A stretch of DNA of 48,126 nucleotides, from IMG/VR virus record IMGVR_UViG_2864926767_000001; one strand, given 5' to 3'. This DNA is from a virus. Shown one piece after another: positions 30,682 through 41,145 of the stretch. The notes beneath the pieces are model-generated. The model was not told the origin of the DNA, searched no databases, and saw nothing but the letters and a program-made list of their open reading frames with translations. The translations under genes and the position numbers were made by a program. Within the stretch, counting starts at the first letter, position 1, and each line of letters begins with the position of its first letter.

Positions 30682-31179
30682 ATGAGCACCAAGCACGCAC
30701 TGATCAAAGAACTGTTCCAGGTCGACGAGAAAGGCCAGCCTCTGCCCCTATTCGAGATCAAGATCGGCAAGGAGATGACTCCCGACGGTCTGTTCGACAG
30801 AAAGCCGATCCTGGAGCTCTCCCACTCCAACTACGCCTACGGGCTGATCAAGTCCATTGACGATGAGGTCAATCGCCTCATGGACGGTATCGGTCAGGCC
30901 ACCAGCAACCTCGAGGCCGAGAAGGTCGTACAGGACTGCCTCCTGCTTAGCGAGCATTCCAAGAAGTTGGCCTACCAGGCTTACTTCCTGGACACAGCGG
31001 ACAGGAACTACTGGGTAACGCTCGAATCGCTTTCCAAGGTAGGCAGAACCGAGGTCTTGGGTGGCATGGCCAAATCTCTTGAAAAGCTGTGCTACGGCAA
31101 TCTGAAGCCTGGCCAGCACCCTGCTCTGCCAGGTGAAGCCAAGCCGGCGCGCGAGAAGGACGATTCTCCGCAGCCGTGA
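30682..31179 (+). CDS. Hypothetical protein
   Basis: AGGAG SD before ATG 30682; terminator downstream. Confidence 0.7.
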   Translation: MSTKHALIKELFQVDEKGQPLPLFEIKIGKEMTPDGLFDRKPILELSHSNYAYGLIKSIDDEVNRLMDGIGQATSNLEAEKVVQDCLLLSEHSKKLAYQAYFLDTADRNYWVTLESLSKVGRTEVLGGMAKSLEKLCYGNLKPGQHPALPGEAKPAREKDDSPQP

Positions 31180-31209
31180 GAATCGTGACCCCAGGGTCAG
31201 CACCTGAAC

Positions 31210-31234
31210 AAGGCCACCGCGAGGTGGCCTTTTT
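31210..31234 (+). terminator. Intrinsic terminator
   Basis: AAGGCCACC-GCGA-GGTGGCCTTTTT. Confidence 0.8.
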
Positions 31235-31385
31235 CAATCCCAAAATGTGAAGAAAGTGTGAAGTAGTGTCAGCTCGCAGATGCGAAACGTACCGCTTATC
31301 GGACTTCACGTTGGAATGATCGCCTAGGCTAAAAGTCGCAGATATATTTCCGGCCATCATTAGAACGACCTATAACAACCTCATC

Positions 31386-31781
31386 GTGCCTAACGTCGTA
31401 GACCTCTATCCAGTTCAGCTCGTGCTGCTCTCGAACCGGTTTTGCATCAGCCAGTTCCCTAATGAGTCGCACGTAGTGGTCGAGAGGGAGCTCAAGCCAG
31501 CCCGCATCGTGGGTGATGGCCTCTATGAAACCCAGGACGGGAAAACCCATAGCTCCAGCGACATGCTGGTAGCCAAACAACCCCATTACGACCTCGTTCC
31601 GGAGCTTCAGGTGCTCTGCCTGGGTCGCGACGAGCCTATTGCCCGTGACATCCTGGTATCCAACATCAGGCTCAAGGTCGAAAGCCTAAACAACCTCGCT
31701 CAGGCTATTTCCTCGGCTTTGGTGAGCGGGGTGACCGTGGTTTCCGAGGACGCGCCTCCGCCACGTTTCCAGCACCGCTAG
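31386..31781 (+). CDS. Hypothetical protein
   Basis: 131-aa ORF; 3' end overlaps the convergent gene. Confidence 0.45.
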   Translation: MPNVVDLYPVQLVLLSNRFCISQFPNESHVVVERELKPARIVGDGLYETQDGKTHSSSDMLVAKQPHYDLVPELQVLCLGRDEPIARDILVSNIRLKVESLNNLAQAISSALVSGVTVVSEDAPPPRFQHR

Positions 31782-32172
31782 GACGATCCCTAGCTGCCTC
31801 AAGCTCCATCAGCTGGGAGAGGATTTGAGCAACCTCGGTACGCTTCTGATCCTCGATCAGCTTTGCAAGGGCTGGCCTGGCGTCAGTGCGCTTGATAGAG
31901 CTCGCACTCTCCGGGATCACAAAGGCCTCTATGCGCCGGCCCATAAGCCCCCGACGCGTACCTTCTAAACCATCATCGCCTTTGATGGCTTGATCCTCCA
32001 GCGCCCTGTCCAGGCTTGGATTGTCTATGCCCAGCAGCAGGGCCGGCCCACGGTATGTCGCGTCCAGCCTTCCAACATATTGGCCGGCTGACTTCCCGCA
32101 GTCACAGAGCCTCTCCTGCCTGGAAATCAGTTTCACAACGTCGCCGCAGTTCAAGCAGCACAAAAGCTTCAT
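31705..32172 (-). CDS. Hypothetical Cys-rich protein
   Basis: MKLLCCLNCGDVVKL..CDCGKSAGQY..LLGIDN. Confidence 0.65.
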   Translation of the reverse strand: MKLLCCLNCGDVVKLISRQERLCDCGKSAGQYVGRLDATYRGPALLLGIDNPSLDRALEDQAIKGDDGLEGTRRGLMGRRIEAFVIPESASSIKRTDARPALAKLIEDQKRTEVAQILSQLMELEAARDRPSGAGNVAEARPRKPRSPRSPKPRK

Positions 32173-32222
32173 GTGTGCAGGGGCTGCGCCCCTCCTCCAT
32201 CAGACGATGTTCTTCGGCTGGA

Positions 32223-33374
32223 CTAGATGTCCAGAACGGCAGTTGCGGCCTTAGTCCATAGCTTATCGCTGACCAGGTGGCTGATACAGGGGAGCTTCAC
32301 CAGCTTGAAGATCTGGCCGGCAAGGCCCTTGTGCTGCTCACAGGCAGCGACAATCGCTTCCTCCGGGATTGTCTCAAGGATTCCTGTTACAAGCCCTGCA
32401 GATGCCTTGGATGCCTTCGAGACGAGCGTGAAAACCTTCTCTTCGTTCGGAATCTCTGCGCCAAGGTAGTCAAGGTAGGCCGCGTGCCCATCCAGGTGCA
32501 TCATCAGGCCGGCGTACCAGTCCGCACCATCGTCGATCAGACGCTTGATGAAAGCCTGATCCTCTGGGCGGTCTCTGCGTTGCTTGAGCTGAAAGTACTG
32601 GAAGAAGAGCTCGTGCCCGATCTTAGAGGCAGCGGCCGGCGTGTAAAGGCTTTGCTGCAGCCCACTGAGGGGAGAGCCTGTTGAGGCCGCCAGCGCTTTG
32701 ATGATGTCGACGTTTCTCGTTCCTGCTGCCATGCAGGAGGTCATGCTCGGGTGCACCGTCAGCTTGTCGTTAGCAAGGATCGAGGCGACATGGGAGCGCT
32801 TTTCCAGGGGGTTATAGCGCTTGGTGACGGGGTTCATCATTAGGGCATCGAACCCTGCCTTGTCGCCAGAGGTAAGCGTCGACACGAACAATGCCGAGCA
32901 CTCCCACTCATCCAGGCTCACTGGGAGAGTGGAGATATCCCTTGTGGCTCCACTTGGCAGCTGCATGATCGACACATGCGGAGTCCTGGCAGCAAAAACC
33001 TGCAGTGCCCGCTGTGCAACATCAGGCTCTTTGAAGACCTGAAGCATCACTCTCTCGGTATATGCAGGGTCGACAATAAGGCAGCAGGCAGCAAGGCTGT
33101 AGTTCTTTTGAACGACGTCACGAAATGCTCTTCGCCACTCATCAGGGTTATAAGGAAGATATCTATCGACAATCTCGCCTTCAAATTCATCGATCTCCGA
33201 ATACCTCTTGTCGATGAATTTCACGACATCATCAACTGTGGCTCCTTTCTCCAATGAGGTAAGTAGCTCAAGTGCCCTGCTAGGAGCCATCTTCGTGCTC
33301 TTGTCCGAGCCGATCACCAGAGCCTTGACCCACTCGATACTAATCCCACAGTAAAACGCTTGTGATGCTTTCAT
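32223..33374 (-). CDS. Hypothetical protein
   Basis: 383-aa ORF ending TAVLDI. Confidence 0.7.
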   Translation of the reverse strand: MKASQAFYCGISIEWVKALVIGSDKSTKMAPSRALELLTSLEKGATVDDVVKFIDKRYSEIDEFEGEIVDRYLPYNPDEWRRAFRDVVQKNYSLAACCLIVDPAYTERVMLQVFKEPDVAQRALQVFAARTPHVSIMQLPSGATRDISTLPVSLDEWECSALFVSTLTSGDKAGFDALMMNPVTKRYNPLEKRSHVASILANDKLTVHPSMTSCMAAGTRNVDIIKALAASTGSPLSGLQQSLYTPAAASKIGHELFFQYFQLKQRRDRPEDQAFIKRLIDDGADWYAGLMMHLDGHAAYLDYLGAEIPNEEKVFTLVSKASKASAGLVTGILETIPEEAIVAACEQHKGLAGQIFKLVKLPCISHLVSDKLWTKAATAVLDI

Positions 33375-33509
33375 GTCCTGATCTCTAGGGCAGGCATCAC
33401 AAGGTGATGCACAGGCTATCTGGTTCGTGCCGGCGGTTGTTGCCGATGGAGCTTTTGAGCTGGGTTGTTCGGATGGTTAGCCTTTTAGCGGAATATTGAG
33501 CCGGCCCGG

Positions 33510-34052
33510 TCATGTGCTCAGATCGACCTCGAGTGCCGACTTCCGCTTGGGGACGGGAATGATCTGTCTGGCCTCAAATGCGATGTAGGCGTCAGCATGT
33601 CCCTCGGTGTAGATCACACCGTCATAGCCGGAATCTTCCAGTGCCTTGCGCAACGATACCTGCGGCAGTGCCTCCAGCAGGCCGTAATGGCAGTAGTCGA
33701 GCCCCTTGAAGGCGCTGCAGAGCTCAGCCTTAGCCCGGTCACTGACCGGGAGTTCAGCGATCACGTCGGCAGCAGCCTTACCGCGCAGATCCAGCGGCCG
33801 GCGAATGTCGAGGTAAACCTCCCGCACAACCGCTCCATAGCACCTGGCGAACCGCTCGCTGGCGGTGAAGTACGCGCCCAGACGGCGCTTATCCAAGGTG
33901 TGCACCGGAGCAGTACGGTATCGCACGAAGGCGCCATTGGTGCCGTGGAATACCCTCAGGGGATGCCCATCCGCAGTTCGCACGACCGTCGCAGCAAGCA
34001 GCTTGGCCAGCCTGGCCGGCACTTTCGGCTGCGTGTCCTGAACATCACTCAT
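33510..34052 (-). CDS. ART-PolyVal-like ADP-ribosyltransferase-fold protein
   Basis: DG.PLRVFHGT, LGAYFT..FARCY, VYLDIRRP, GYDGVIY, YIAFEARQI. Confidence 0.75.
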   Translation of the reverse strand: MSDVQDTQPKVPARLAKLLAATVVRTADGHPLRVFHGTNGAFVRYRTAPVHTLDKRRLGAYFTASERFARCYGAVVREVYLDIRRPLDLRGKAAADVIAELPVSDRAKAELCSAFKGLDYCHYGLLEALPQVSLRKALEDSGYDGVIYTEGHADAYIAFEARQIIPVPKRKSALEVDLST

Positions 34053-35521
34053 CGAGTGAAGTCCGGGCTTGAAGGGTCGTAGGCACGCTCGCGGCCGATG
34101 GCGCTCTTGATCTGGTTCGGGCTGAACACGATCCAGGAGTCTTTGCCCTTGTCCTCATAGGCGTTGCTGTACACCACACCGTCGTAGCCTTTACGCGAGA
34201 GGACAGCGGTAATGATCGCACGGCCGTCGGCATCGTCGCCCCCGCACTCGCCCATCCACTCCTCCTGGATCTCGTTGACCTCGGCCTCCGAAAGAATCCC
34301 CTGCTCCACCAGGGAGTCGATAATCTCGTCTGGGTGCCACCAAAGGATGTCGGGCAGCCGCACCGGGTTTTGCACAGAGAGGTAGACCGGGAGAATCCGG
34401 CACTGGTGATCGTAATCGTCGGTACGGTGCTCCTTCGAAGAAGTGCGACCACTGTGCACCTGCAGGATGTCTTCGGCCGCCTTTGCTGTACCGAAGTGGC
34501 TTGAGAGGCCGTAGGTCTCGAACTCGCTAAAGTCGTTCGTGTTCGTGCCGTGGTAAACCACCCGAGGCTGTCCATCAGGGGTGACCACTCGGCTGTTCTT
34601 GAACCAGCGCTTGAACCGGTCGTTGTCAGTGTCGATTGCCCGGCCCTGCTGCACAGGAATCTGTACCCTGGACGGGTCAATGAGCAGGCCGGCGGAAAGA
34701 CCCTGGGTGTTCCAGGCTTCGACATTGGGTGCATACATGGCTCGTAGTGCACCGAGACTTGCCTTGAGCTCGTCGTTGCACTCACGCATGAGCGTGTTAT
34801 CCACGAAGCGATTCAGACCTTCGAAGTTGAACCTCGGTAGTTCCAGGCTGCAGAGGCTGTTGATCGGGATCTGGCGCAGTTCATCCAAAACTGTCATCTC
34901 GGCCTCAAGGATGTACGACTCGACCGCATAACCGAGACAAGCCGTGGTGATGACCTCCCATGCGTTCTGGCCCAGGATATCCCTGCAGTCACGCACGGAG
35001 CCCACGCTCAGCCACTCCCAGATATCGGGGGTCAGGCTTCCAAGCGATCCATGCAGGTCGGTGGGCTTCTTCGAAGGTTGCACAGTGACCTTATGCAGAT
35101 CACCCCATTCACGGTCAATCTTCTCCTGGAGCTGATTCACCGCACGGTGATCACAGGAGTCTGGATATCGGGGGCGGCCACTGCGCAGCCCCAGGAAGAC
35201 CCTAGCATACCCGTCCAGCAGATCGATCCCGGAAGGAAATCCAGCAGATACCAGCGCTTTGCGCCGGCTCTGCAACAGTTCTGACGCGATCTTGAAGTCC
35301 ACTTGAGGCATAAACCCCTCAAGAATAGGCTTGGCTAGGCTGAAGGAGGCCCTCACGAGGTCACCCACCAGGTCAGCATCAGATGCACCCTGCAAGTGTA
35401 CAGCGCCCTGCACATTCAGGCGCTGGCGCAGGAAGTTGGCGAGCTTGAGCTGCTCATCATGCAATTCAGCGTGGCTAGCCTGCTGGCGCTGGGGATCGGC
35501 TTGAGTAGAGTACGCGGTCAT
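34049..35521 (-). CDS. Protein with C-terminal ART-PolyVal-like domain
   Basis: FKRWFKNSRVV..DGQPRVVYHGT, HFGT, PVYLSVQNP, GYDGVVYSN..E, WIVFSPNQIKSA; GAGGAG SD. Confidence 0.8.
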   Translation of the reverse strand: MTAYSTQADPQRQQASHAELHDEQLKLANFLRQRLNVQGAVHLQGASDADLVGDLVRASFSLAKPILEGFMPQVDFKIASELLQSRRKALVSAGFPSGIDLLDGYARVFLGLRSGRPRYPDSCDHRAVNQLQEKIDREWGDLHKVTVQPSKKPTDLHGSLGSLTPDIWEWLSVGSVRDCRDILGQNAWEVITTACLGYAVESYILEAEMTVLDELRQIPINSLCSLELPRFNFEGLNRFVDNTLMRECNDELKASLGALRAMYAPNVEAWNTQGLSAGLLIDPSRVQIPVQQGRAIDTDNDRFKRWFKNSRVVTPDGQPRVVYHGTNTNDFSEFETYGLSSHFGTAKAAEDILQVHSGRTSSKEHRTDDYDHQCRILPVYLSVQNPVRLPDILWWHPDEIIDSLVEQGILSEAEVNEIQEEWMGECGGDDADGRAIITAVLSRKGYDGVVYSNAYEDKGKDSWIVFSPNQIKSAIGRERAYDPSSPDFTR

Positions 35522-35815
35522 GATCACTCCTCACATTCGTCTATGGTACGGAGTGAGCGCCAGGATCGGCTATAGATCGGGAATTTCCCTATAAAGGAAA
35601 TGCTTGTTGAGGCTGCCGTGGCCAGGCATCGTTTCCTTCGGGTCGCCGGCCAGGAGCAACTCCGGCCATGGAGGTCGACCCCTAGTGTCCGCTAGTCTTC
35701 TTGCACGCCGGCCCAGCGCCGGCCGATGCAACCTCTCATTGAACCTCGACTTGCGCACTCGATATGCTGGATGCATAGACACACGTGCGCGTGTGCAACT
35801 TTTTGAGGTCTCTGC

Positions 35816-37489
35816 ATGCTCCCTGAACTTGAAATTCCAAGCTACGACTACCTGAAATCGTCAAGCCTCGCTGGAGACCTTCGCCGCGAATACCACAGCC
35901 TATGGCTGGCGCTCAAAAACGATGAAGGCTACGTCAATGCCACCTTCCCGAAACGCAAACAGTGGAGAGAATTCGGGGATCGTTCTCGCAGTGAACATGA
36001 ACGTCGCTCCATGATTGAGCATAAGCTCCAGACATTTGCGAAGCAGAGAAACGTCGAGGGAATTCAACTCGCCGCCGAAGCCCATGTAAGCCTTTCCATC
36101 CTCGAGCGTTACAGCGAGTACTTGGATGCACCCGGCCTTTGGGAACAAGATCCCTACGACATCTTCAGGGGAAAGCTTTTCCCGAACGTCCTTGAGCCAT
36201 TCAATGGTCTCTTCAGCCGTGAAGGCAATGTCACAGCAGACTACGAAACGAAGCGCGAGGAGACTATCGACGCCCTACTCATGCTCGACTCGAGGAAGTA
36301 CCTTCGTGACCCGAGGTACGTAGCCAAGTGGGCCCGTGAAATCGAGAAAGAGCACTGGCTCGTGTCCAACGAGCAAAATGCCTTCGCTGTGATTGGCTAT
36401 CTTCTCGATCTCGGGATGCAAAACCCTGTTTGCCTTGACCAGTTCCACAAGCAAGGTGCCAAGGTCGAGAAGCGCGCCCAGGCCTTCCTCAACAAACTGG
36501 AGAAGAACATCAAGAGCGAGCAAGATCCGCATAAAGCTCTCTCGCAATCCATGTTCCTCCAGGTCTGCGTAATGCTGGCGCTTGAGAGGAACCAACCTGT
36601 CGATTTGCACCACCTTCTCGCGTTCATCAGCTCGCCAAAAATCAACGCTGAGCGCGCGCAGAGGGCGCTCGAGGGGTACGAACACAAGGACGCCATCTCG
36701 TCCCAGCTCTACAACCTGACCGTCATGGTTGATTCACCGCTGGAAATTGCTATGGGAGCTGGTACAAAGCCAACTGCCCTGGCGTTCCTAGGCATGATGA
36801 AGGATGACCGCCTGTTGACCTCGGAAGCTGCTGACGCACTGATTGCCCCGCTTCTGCCCTATTTCAAGCGCCTGCTGGATGACCCTGCGCATGTTGCTGC
36901 GTTTCTGAAATCAAAGTACCAGGTCAACTGCCCATCCGTAGTTCAGGCGATTCTGGCCAGAGGACACGCTTTTACGAAAGACCCTATCTGCCTAGTGAAC
37001 ATCTGCAGACGGAACGAGTTTGCCGACTCCCTGGTTGAGCAGCTGACTGCGGGCCTGGTCAAGGACGACAAAGCCGCGTTCTTGACCGGCCTAAACGAAC
37101 AGGCTGCGGACATCATGGTTCGAGAACTCAGCATTTCGGAGAATTGTGGCGTCTGCCTTGCCGACCTTGCTCCTCACAGTAGGAAAGCCGCGTACCTGAA
37201 TGATCCCGAGCGCTTGCTGAAGCTGGCCATGGTTGGTGAGTTCAATCAGGGCAGCAAGACAGTTGGTTTCAAGTCTGGCGAGAAGGCTGATTGGCTCATC
37301 AACTGGGTACGTATCTGGGTCGCCCAAGACAAGGAAGGCTTCCTGGCGGGCCTCGATGACGAGGCCGGCGACCTGCTCGCGCGATCCAAGTTGGACATGA
37401 AGCTTGTTGGTCTGACGGTGCATGACCTCAGGGCTACGAATTCCAATGTCGCCTATACCCAGTCCATGGCAGACGTGCTGCAAATCTGA
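35816..37489 (+). CDS. Hypothetical protein
   Basis: 557-aa ORF, GAGG SD, ends MADVLQI. Confidence 0.75.
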   Translation: MLPELEIPSYDYLKSSSLAGDLRREYHSLWLALKNDEGYVNATFPKRKQWREFGDRSRSEHERRSMIEHKLQTFAKQRNVEGIQLAAEAHVSLSILERYSEYLDAPGLWEQDPYDIFRGKLFPNVLEPFNGLFSREGNVTADYETKREETIDALLMLDSRKYLRDPRYVAKWAREIEKEHWLVSNEQNAFAVIGYLLDLGMQNPVCLDQFHKQGAKVEKRAQAFLNKLEKNIKSEQDPHKALSQSMFLQVCVMLALERNQPVDLHHLLAFISSPKINAERAQRALEGYEHKDAISSQLYNLTVMVDSPLEIAMGAGTKPTALAFLGMMKDDRLLTSEAADALIAPLLPYFKRLLDDPAHVAAFLKSKYQVNCPSVVQAILARGHAFTKDPICLVNICRRNEFADSLVEQLTAGLVKDDKAAFLTGLNEQAADIMVRELSISENCGVCLADLAPHSRKAAYLNDPERLLKLAMVGEFNQGSKTVGFKSGEKADWLINWVRIWVAQDKEGFLAGLDDEAGDLLARSKLDMKLVGLTVHDLRATNSNVAYTQSMADVLQI

Positions 37490-37526
37490 TGGGGCTCCGG
37501 CCTCCTATCGTACCCGAGAAGCGTAA

Positions 37527-38720
37527 ATGACTCAGACCATGAGCCACATCGAACTCACCGAGCAGTTCTTCGAAGCCAGGCGTTATGTCAGCCAGGCGGC
37601 CCTGGAAGGCGACTACGACTCCGCCACGTTCAGAAACTACGTCGGTCGAATGAAAGAGGTAATCAGCCAGGCGCTCCTGGCCGGCGAGATCGGCCTTGTA
37701 GGGAAGCTGGCCAGTGACGCCACCAGGGCAATTGACCACGATGCCAACGTCAAGCTGAAGCTGAAGAAGCCCGATCTGCTTTACGTGCTGAACGAGATCC
37801 CAACTCGTTCCTACGCTGTCATGCAAATGGTTAGCACAGACAGAAAGGTTAACCTTGCCATCATCGATTCCCTGGGCCGCGCAATGTCCAAGAACTGGAG
37901 TGACGACACTCACTCTTACCAGCTCAAGGAGTTCATGACGAAGCTTGGCAAGGTGAACGAAGGTCAGGACTGGGCCCACGCAGTCCATGTGCTGAGCGAG
38001 CGAGCTGGGTTCAGGAGCATGCAATCCCCGATTCTGGAGTCCCTTGGCTACCTACCACTGAAGGTGGCAGAGAACAACAAAGCAACAATGCGCTTCCTGA
38101 CTGATCAGTTCATCGCATCGAAAGGGAAGCTTGAGACGCAATCCCACGATGAACGAAAAGGGAAGCGCGGGCTGCTCTTCTCGGACATCGAGGTATTGAC
38201 TCGTCTGGCTGTTGTCGCAAAGCCCTCAGAGCTGGTACAGATCAGCAATCAGATGTACCACATGGAGTCCAAAGAGAGCGGTTACCTCCCGCGTATCTTC
38301 AACCTCCTTCCCAAGACGGCCGAGAGCGTTAAACCCTTCAAGCAAGATCTGGCTGATGAATGGGTATGGGATGACGACAAAAAGCACATCAGGCGCGCAT
38401 ACCTTCGCGAGGCGCTGAGGGCTGACAGCGAGCTGCCGATCATCGCGATGACCCTCCAGAACCTGAGGGACATCTACAGCACGAACGAGTACCTGCCTGA
38501 AGAAGCCCAGGCTTCGCCGGCAAAGGTCGCCCAGGCAATCGACCATACGTTCCGTGCCATCGAAGAAGAGAAGCGTAAGCGCGGCAACGTCACGAATGCC
38601 ACCCGAGACACCGAAGGCCTCAGGTTCAAGAATGGCATCAAGAACGTGGCCAGAGACGACGCACTGGAGCTGTCTGACTGCTACGCCACCTATGAGGCCG
38701 TCAAGGCGTTCGAAATCTGA
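37527..38720 (+). CDS. Hypothetical protein
   Basis: 397-aa ORF ending VKAFEI; terminator downstream. Confidence 0.75.
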   Translation: MTQTMSHIELTEQFFEARRYVSQAALEGDYDSATFRNYVGRMKEVISQALLAGEIGLVGKLASDATRAIDHDANVKLKLKKPDLLYVLNEIPTRSYAVMQMVSTDRKVNLAIIDSLGRAMSKNWSDDTHSYQLKEFMTKLGKVNEGQDWAHAVHVLSERAGFRSMQSPILESLGYLPLKVAENNKATMRFLTDQFIASKGKLETQSHDERKGKRGLLFSDIEVLTRLAVVAKPSELVQISNQMYHMESKESGYLPRIFNLLPKTAESVKPFKQDLADEWVWDDDKKHIRRAYLREALRADSELPIIAMTLQNLRDIYSTNEYLPEEAQASPAKVAQAIDHTFRAIEEEKRKRGNVTNATRDTEGLRFKNGIKNVARDDALELSDCYATYEAVKAFEI

Positions 38721-38733
38721 ACCTCTGGACGCG

Positions 38734-38759
38734 AAAGGCCGGCTTATGCCGGCCTTTTT
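38734..38759. terminator. Intrinsic terminator between convergent genes
   Basis: AAAGGCCGGC-TTAT-GCCGGCCTTTTT. Confidence 0.8.
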
Positions 38760-38768
38760 CTTGCCTGG

Positions 38769-40172
38769 TTACAGGCCGATCCTTGCCAGACCATCCAGGG
38801 CAGCCACCCGGTAGCCTTCCGCCATGGTGGGGTAGTTGAAGGTCGTCCGGGTGAAGAACTTCACGCTGTTCCCCTCACCCTCCTGCAGCATGATCGCCTG
38901 CCCGATGTGGACAATCTCCGAGGCCTGGTAGCCGAAGCAATGGATCCCGAGCACCTCCAGGGAATCGCGGTGGAAGAGGATCTTCAGCATGCCGGCCTCC
39001 TCCTCGGAGATTTGCGCCCTGGCCAGATCCTTGAAGTAGGCACGCCCCACTTCGTAGGGGACGCCCTCTTTGGTCAGCTCGGACTCGGTCTTACCCACCG
39101 AGCTGATTTCTGGGATGGTGTAGATCCCGGTCGGGACGTCGGAAACAGTCCAGGCGAGCGCCGGATCGAGCATTGCGTCGACGACGGCCCTCCCCTGGTC
39201 GTAGGACGCGCTTGCGAGGCTAGGCCACCCGATGACATCCCCTGCAGCGTAAATGCCGCTGGCGGCCGTCTGGTAGGCCTTATCCACGTCGATCTGACCT
39301 CTGCTGTTGGCGGAGATGCCTACCGACTCGATTCCGAGGCCGTCGGCGTTGCCAGTCCTGCCATTGCACCAGAGCAGGAGATCACCACGCACTGTCTTGC
39401 CAGACTTGAGGTGCACCACGACGTTATCGTCATTGGCCTCGAGCCAGTCGAAGGTTTCGTTGTGCTTCACCACGACATTGCCGCCGCTTAGGTGGTAGCT
39501 CAGCGCAGCAGAGATTTCATCATCGAGGAAATTGAGCAGACGGTCACGGGTGTCGATCAGGTCTACCTGAACGCCCAGGCCGCTGAAGATCGAGGCGTAC
39601 TCGCAGCCAATCACCCCGGCCCCGTAGATCACAACACGCTTAGGCGTGTACTCCAGGCCCAGGATGGTGTCGCTGTCGTAGACACGGTGATGGGTGAAAT
39701 CGATCTCAGCGGGCCTGTAGGGGCGCGAACCGGTAGCGATCAGGGCGTTCTTGAAGGTGAGGATCTCGCCACCGTCCTCGGTACCCGGCTGGACTACCCG
39801 GATTTCACGGGAGCCGACAAACAGGGCCTCCCCCTTGAAGAGCGTAACCCCGCTTTCGTTGAACTTGGCCATCTTCCGGGCGGCCTGGCGCTGGGTCACA
39901 CTGGCGGCCAGACGCAGGACGTTGTCGAAGTTGATGCTCTTGGCAGACTCGGTCATCTGAAAGAGATGGCTCTTGGAGGCCTGGATCAGCTTGCGCACCC
40001 CATGGCGCAACGCCTTGGAGGGGATCGTACCCTTGTGAGTGCTACCACCACCGATTGCGTCACGCTCAACCACGGCCACACGGAGGCCCTTGTTCGCTGC
40101 TTGGATCGCAGCTCCTTCTCCGGCCGGGCCGGAGCCTATGACCACGAGGTCAAACATCTGGCTGTTGTTCAT
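38769..40172 (-). CDS. sthA: Soluble pyridine nucleotide transhydrogenase
   Basis: [10 protein letters not shown]; [16 protein letters not shown] (no redox Cys pair); [10 protein letters not shown]; [13 protein letters not shown]; [19 protein letters not shown]; [10 protein letters not shown]. Confidence 0.95.
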   Translation of the reverse strand: MNNSQMFDLVVIGSGPAGEGAAIQAANKGLRVAVVERDAIGGGSTHKGTIPSKALRHGVRKLIQASKSHLFQMTESAKSINFDNVLRLAASVTQRQAARKMAKFNESGVTLFKGEALFVGSREIRVVQPGTEDGGEILTFKNALIATGSRPYRPAEIDFTHHRVYDSDTILGLEYTPKRVVIYGAGVIGCEYASIFSGLGVQVDLIDTRDRLLNFLDDEISAALSYHLSGGNVVVKHNETFDWLEANDDNVVVHLKSGKTVRGDLLLWCNGRTGNADGLGIESVGISANSRGQIDVDKAYQTAASGIYAAGDVIGWPSLASASYDQGRAVVDAMLDPALAWTVSDVPTGIYTIPEISSVGKTESELTKEGVPYEVGRAYFKDLARAQISEEEAGMLKILFHRDSLEVLGIHCFGYQASEIVHIGQAIMLQEGEGNSVKFFTRTTFNYPTMAEGYRVAALDGLARIGL

Positions 40173-40286
40173 CAACACTCTCACAGGTCACGCGCCTGCA
40201 GACCAGGCGCAAAAAAGCCGGCATCGCCAACCTACTTACCTATCGGCGAAAACCGGCCATTCCTGGAGGAAAAGGTGCGCTGAGGG

Positions 40287-40685
40287 CTATTGGAAGTTGC
40301 CCATACCAATCGACTTCAGGTGCTCATTCCGCCTGTTCTCTTGCTTCCTGATCTCCTCTCGATCCTTCAGGTCGACCGGGCGCGCGGTCAGGAAGTCCTC
40401 AAGCTCAGCATTCGAAGTGGTCAACTGCTCCCACTGAGCCATTCCATCGACGAAGCTGGAAAAGCAGAACCGCAGCCCGAGGCTACTTCGGGTGACATGG
40501 AGCCCAATCGCAACCGTCGAGAAAAGCTGGATCAAGACCGCATAGGTGCCATCCTCAAGCCTCTTTGCCCCTCGGTAACCCTGAGCCCTCAAAAAAGCGG
40601 TGTGCTCGTCCTGGGCCTCAGGCGGATTGATCACCTTCTCCAGTTCGGGGTTTGCTTTAAGTTCGAGGTCAAGGTCGGGGTACAT
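40287..40685 (-). CDS. Hypothetical protein
   Basis: AGGAG SD; 132 aa. Confidence 0.6.
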   Translation of the reverse strand: MYPDLDLELKANPELEKVINPPEAQDEHTAFLRAQGYRGAKRLEDGTYAVLIQLFSTVAIGLHVTRSSLGLRFCFSSFVDGMAQWEQLTTSNAELEDFLTARPVDLKDREEIRKQENRRNEHLKSIGMGNFQ

Positions 40686-40696
40686 GTCGGAAGCTC

Positions 40697-40993
40697 CTAC
40701 GCTTCCTTAAATTTAGCACCCCTGCGGCCCTCGACGAAACCACGCAGCTTCTGATGGTACTGCTGTACCAGGAAGGATCGGTTGAACCGGTCGCGTTCCT
40801 TGTACTGCTCCACCAACCGCAACTTCTCCTCTTCGACCTGCTGGAGACGAATCTTCAGTTTGTCGACTTCACTGGCGAGCCTGTGCTCGCTGGCGCGGGT
40901 GATCTTCAGCTCGTGCAAGAAAGCTTCGTCGAGCTTCTGCCGCTGAGTCATCCGGCGTCCACGGCGCAGACCAAGCTTGGAAAAGGGCCACAT
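40697..40993 (-). CDS. Hypothetical coiled-coil protein
   Basis: ORF from ATG 40993 (MWPFSK). Confidence 0.5.
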   Translation of the reverse strand: MWPFSKLGLRRGRRMTQRQKLDEAFLHELKITRASEHRLASEVDKLKIRLQQVEEEKLRLVEQYKERDRFNRSFLVQQYHQKLRGFVEGRRGAKFKEA

Positions 40994-41145
40994 ACGATCA
41001 CCGTCCGTAGGTAGGTTTGGATGCAAATCACGATGCACAATTATAGATAAATTGCAGAAGCTGACAAGGCGCCAATTCCCCTGAAATGCTTGTCCCAGGC
41101 GGCCAATTGATATAACGTGCGGGCTCGTAACTCGGTGGATTCATC

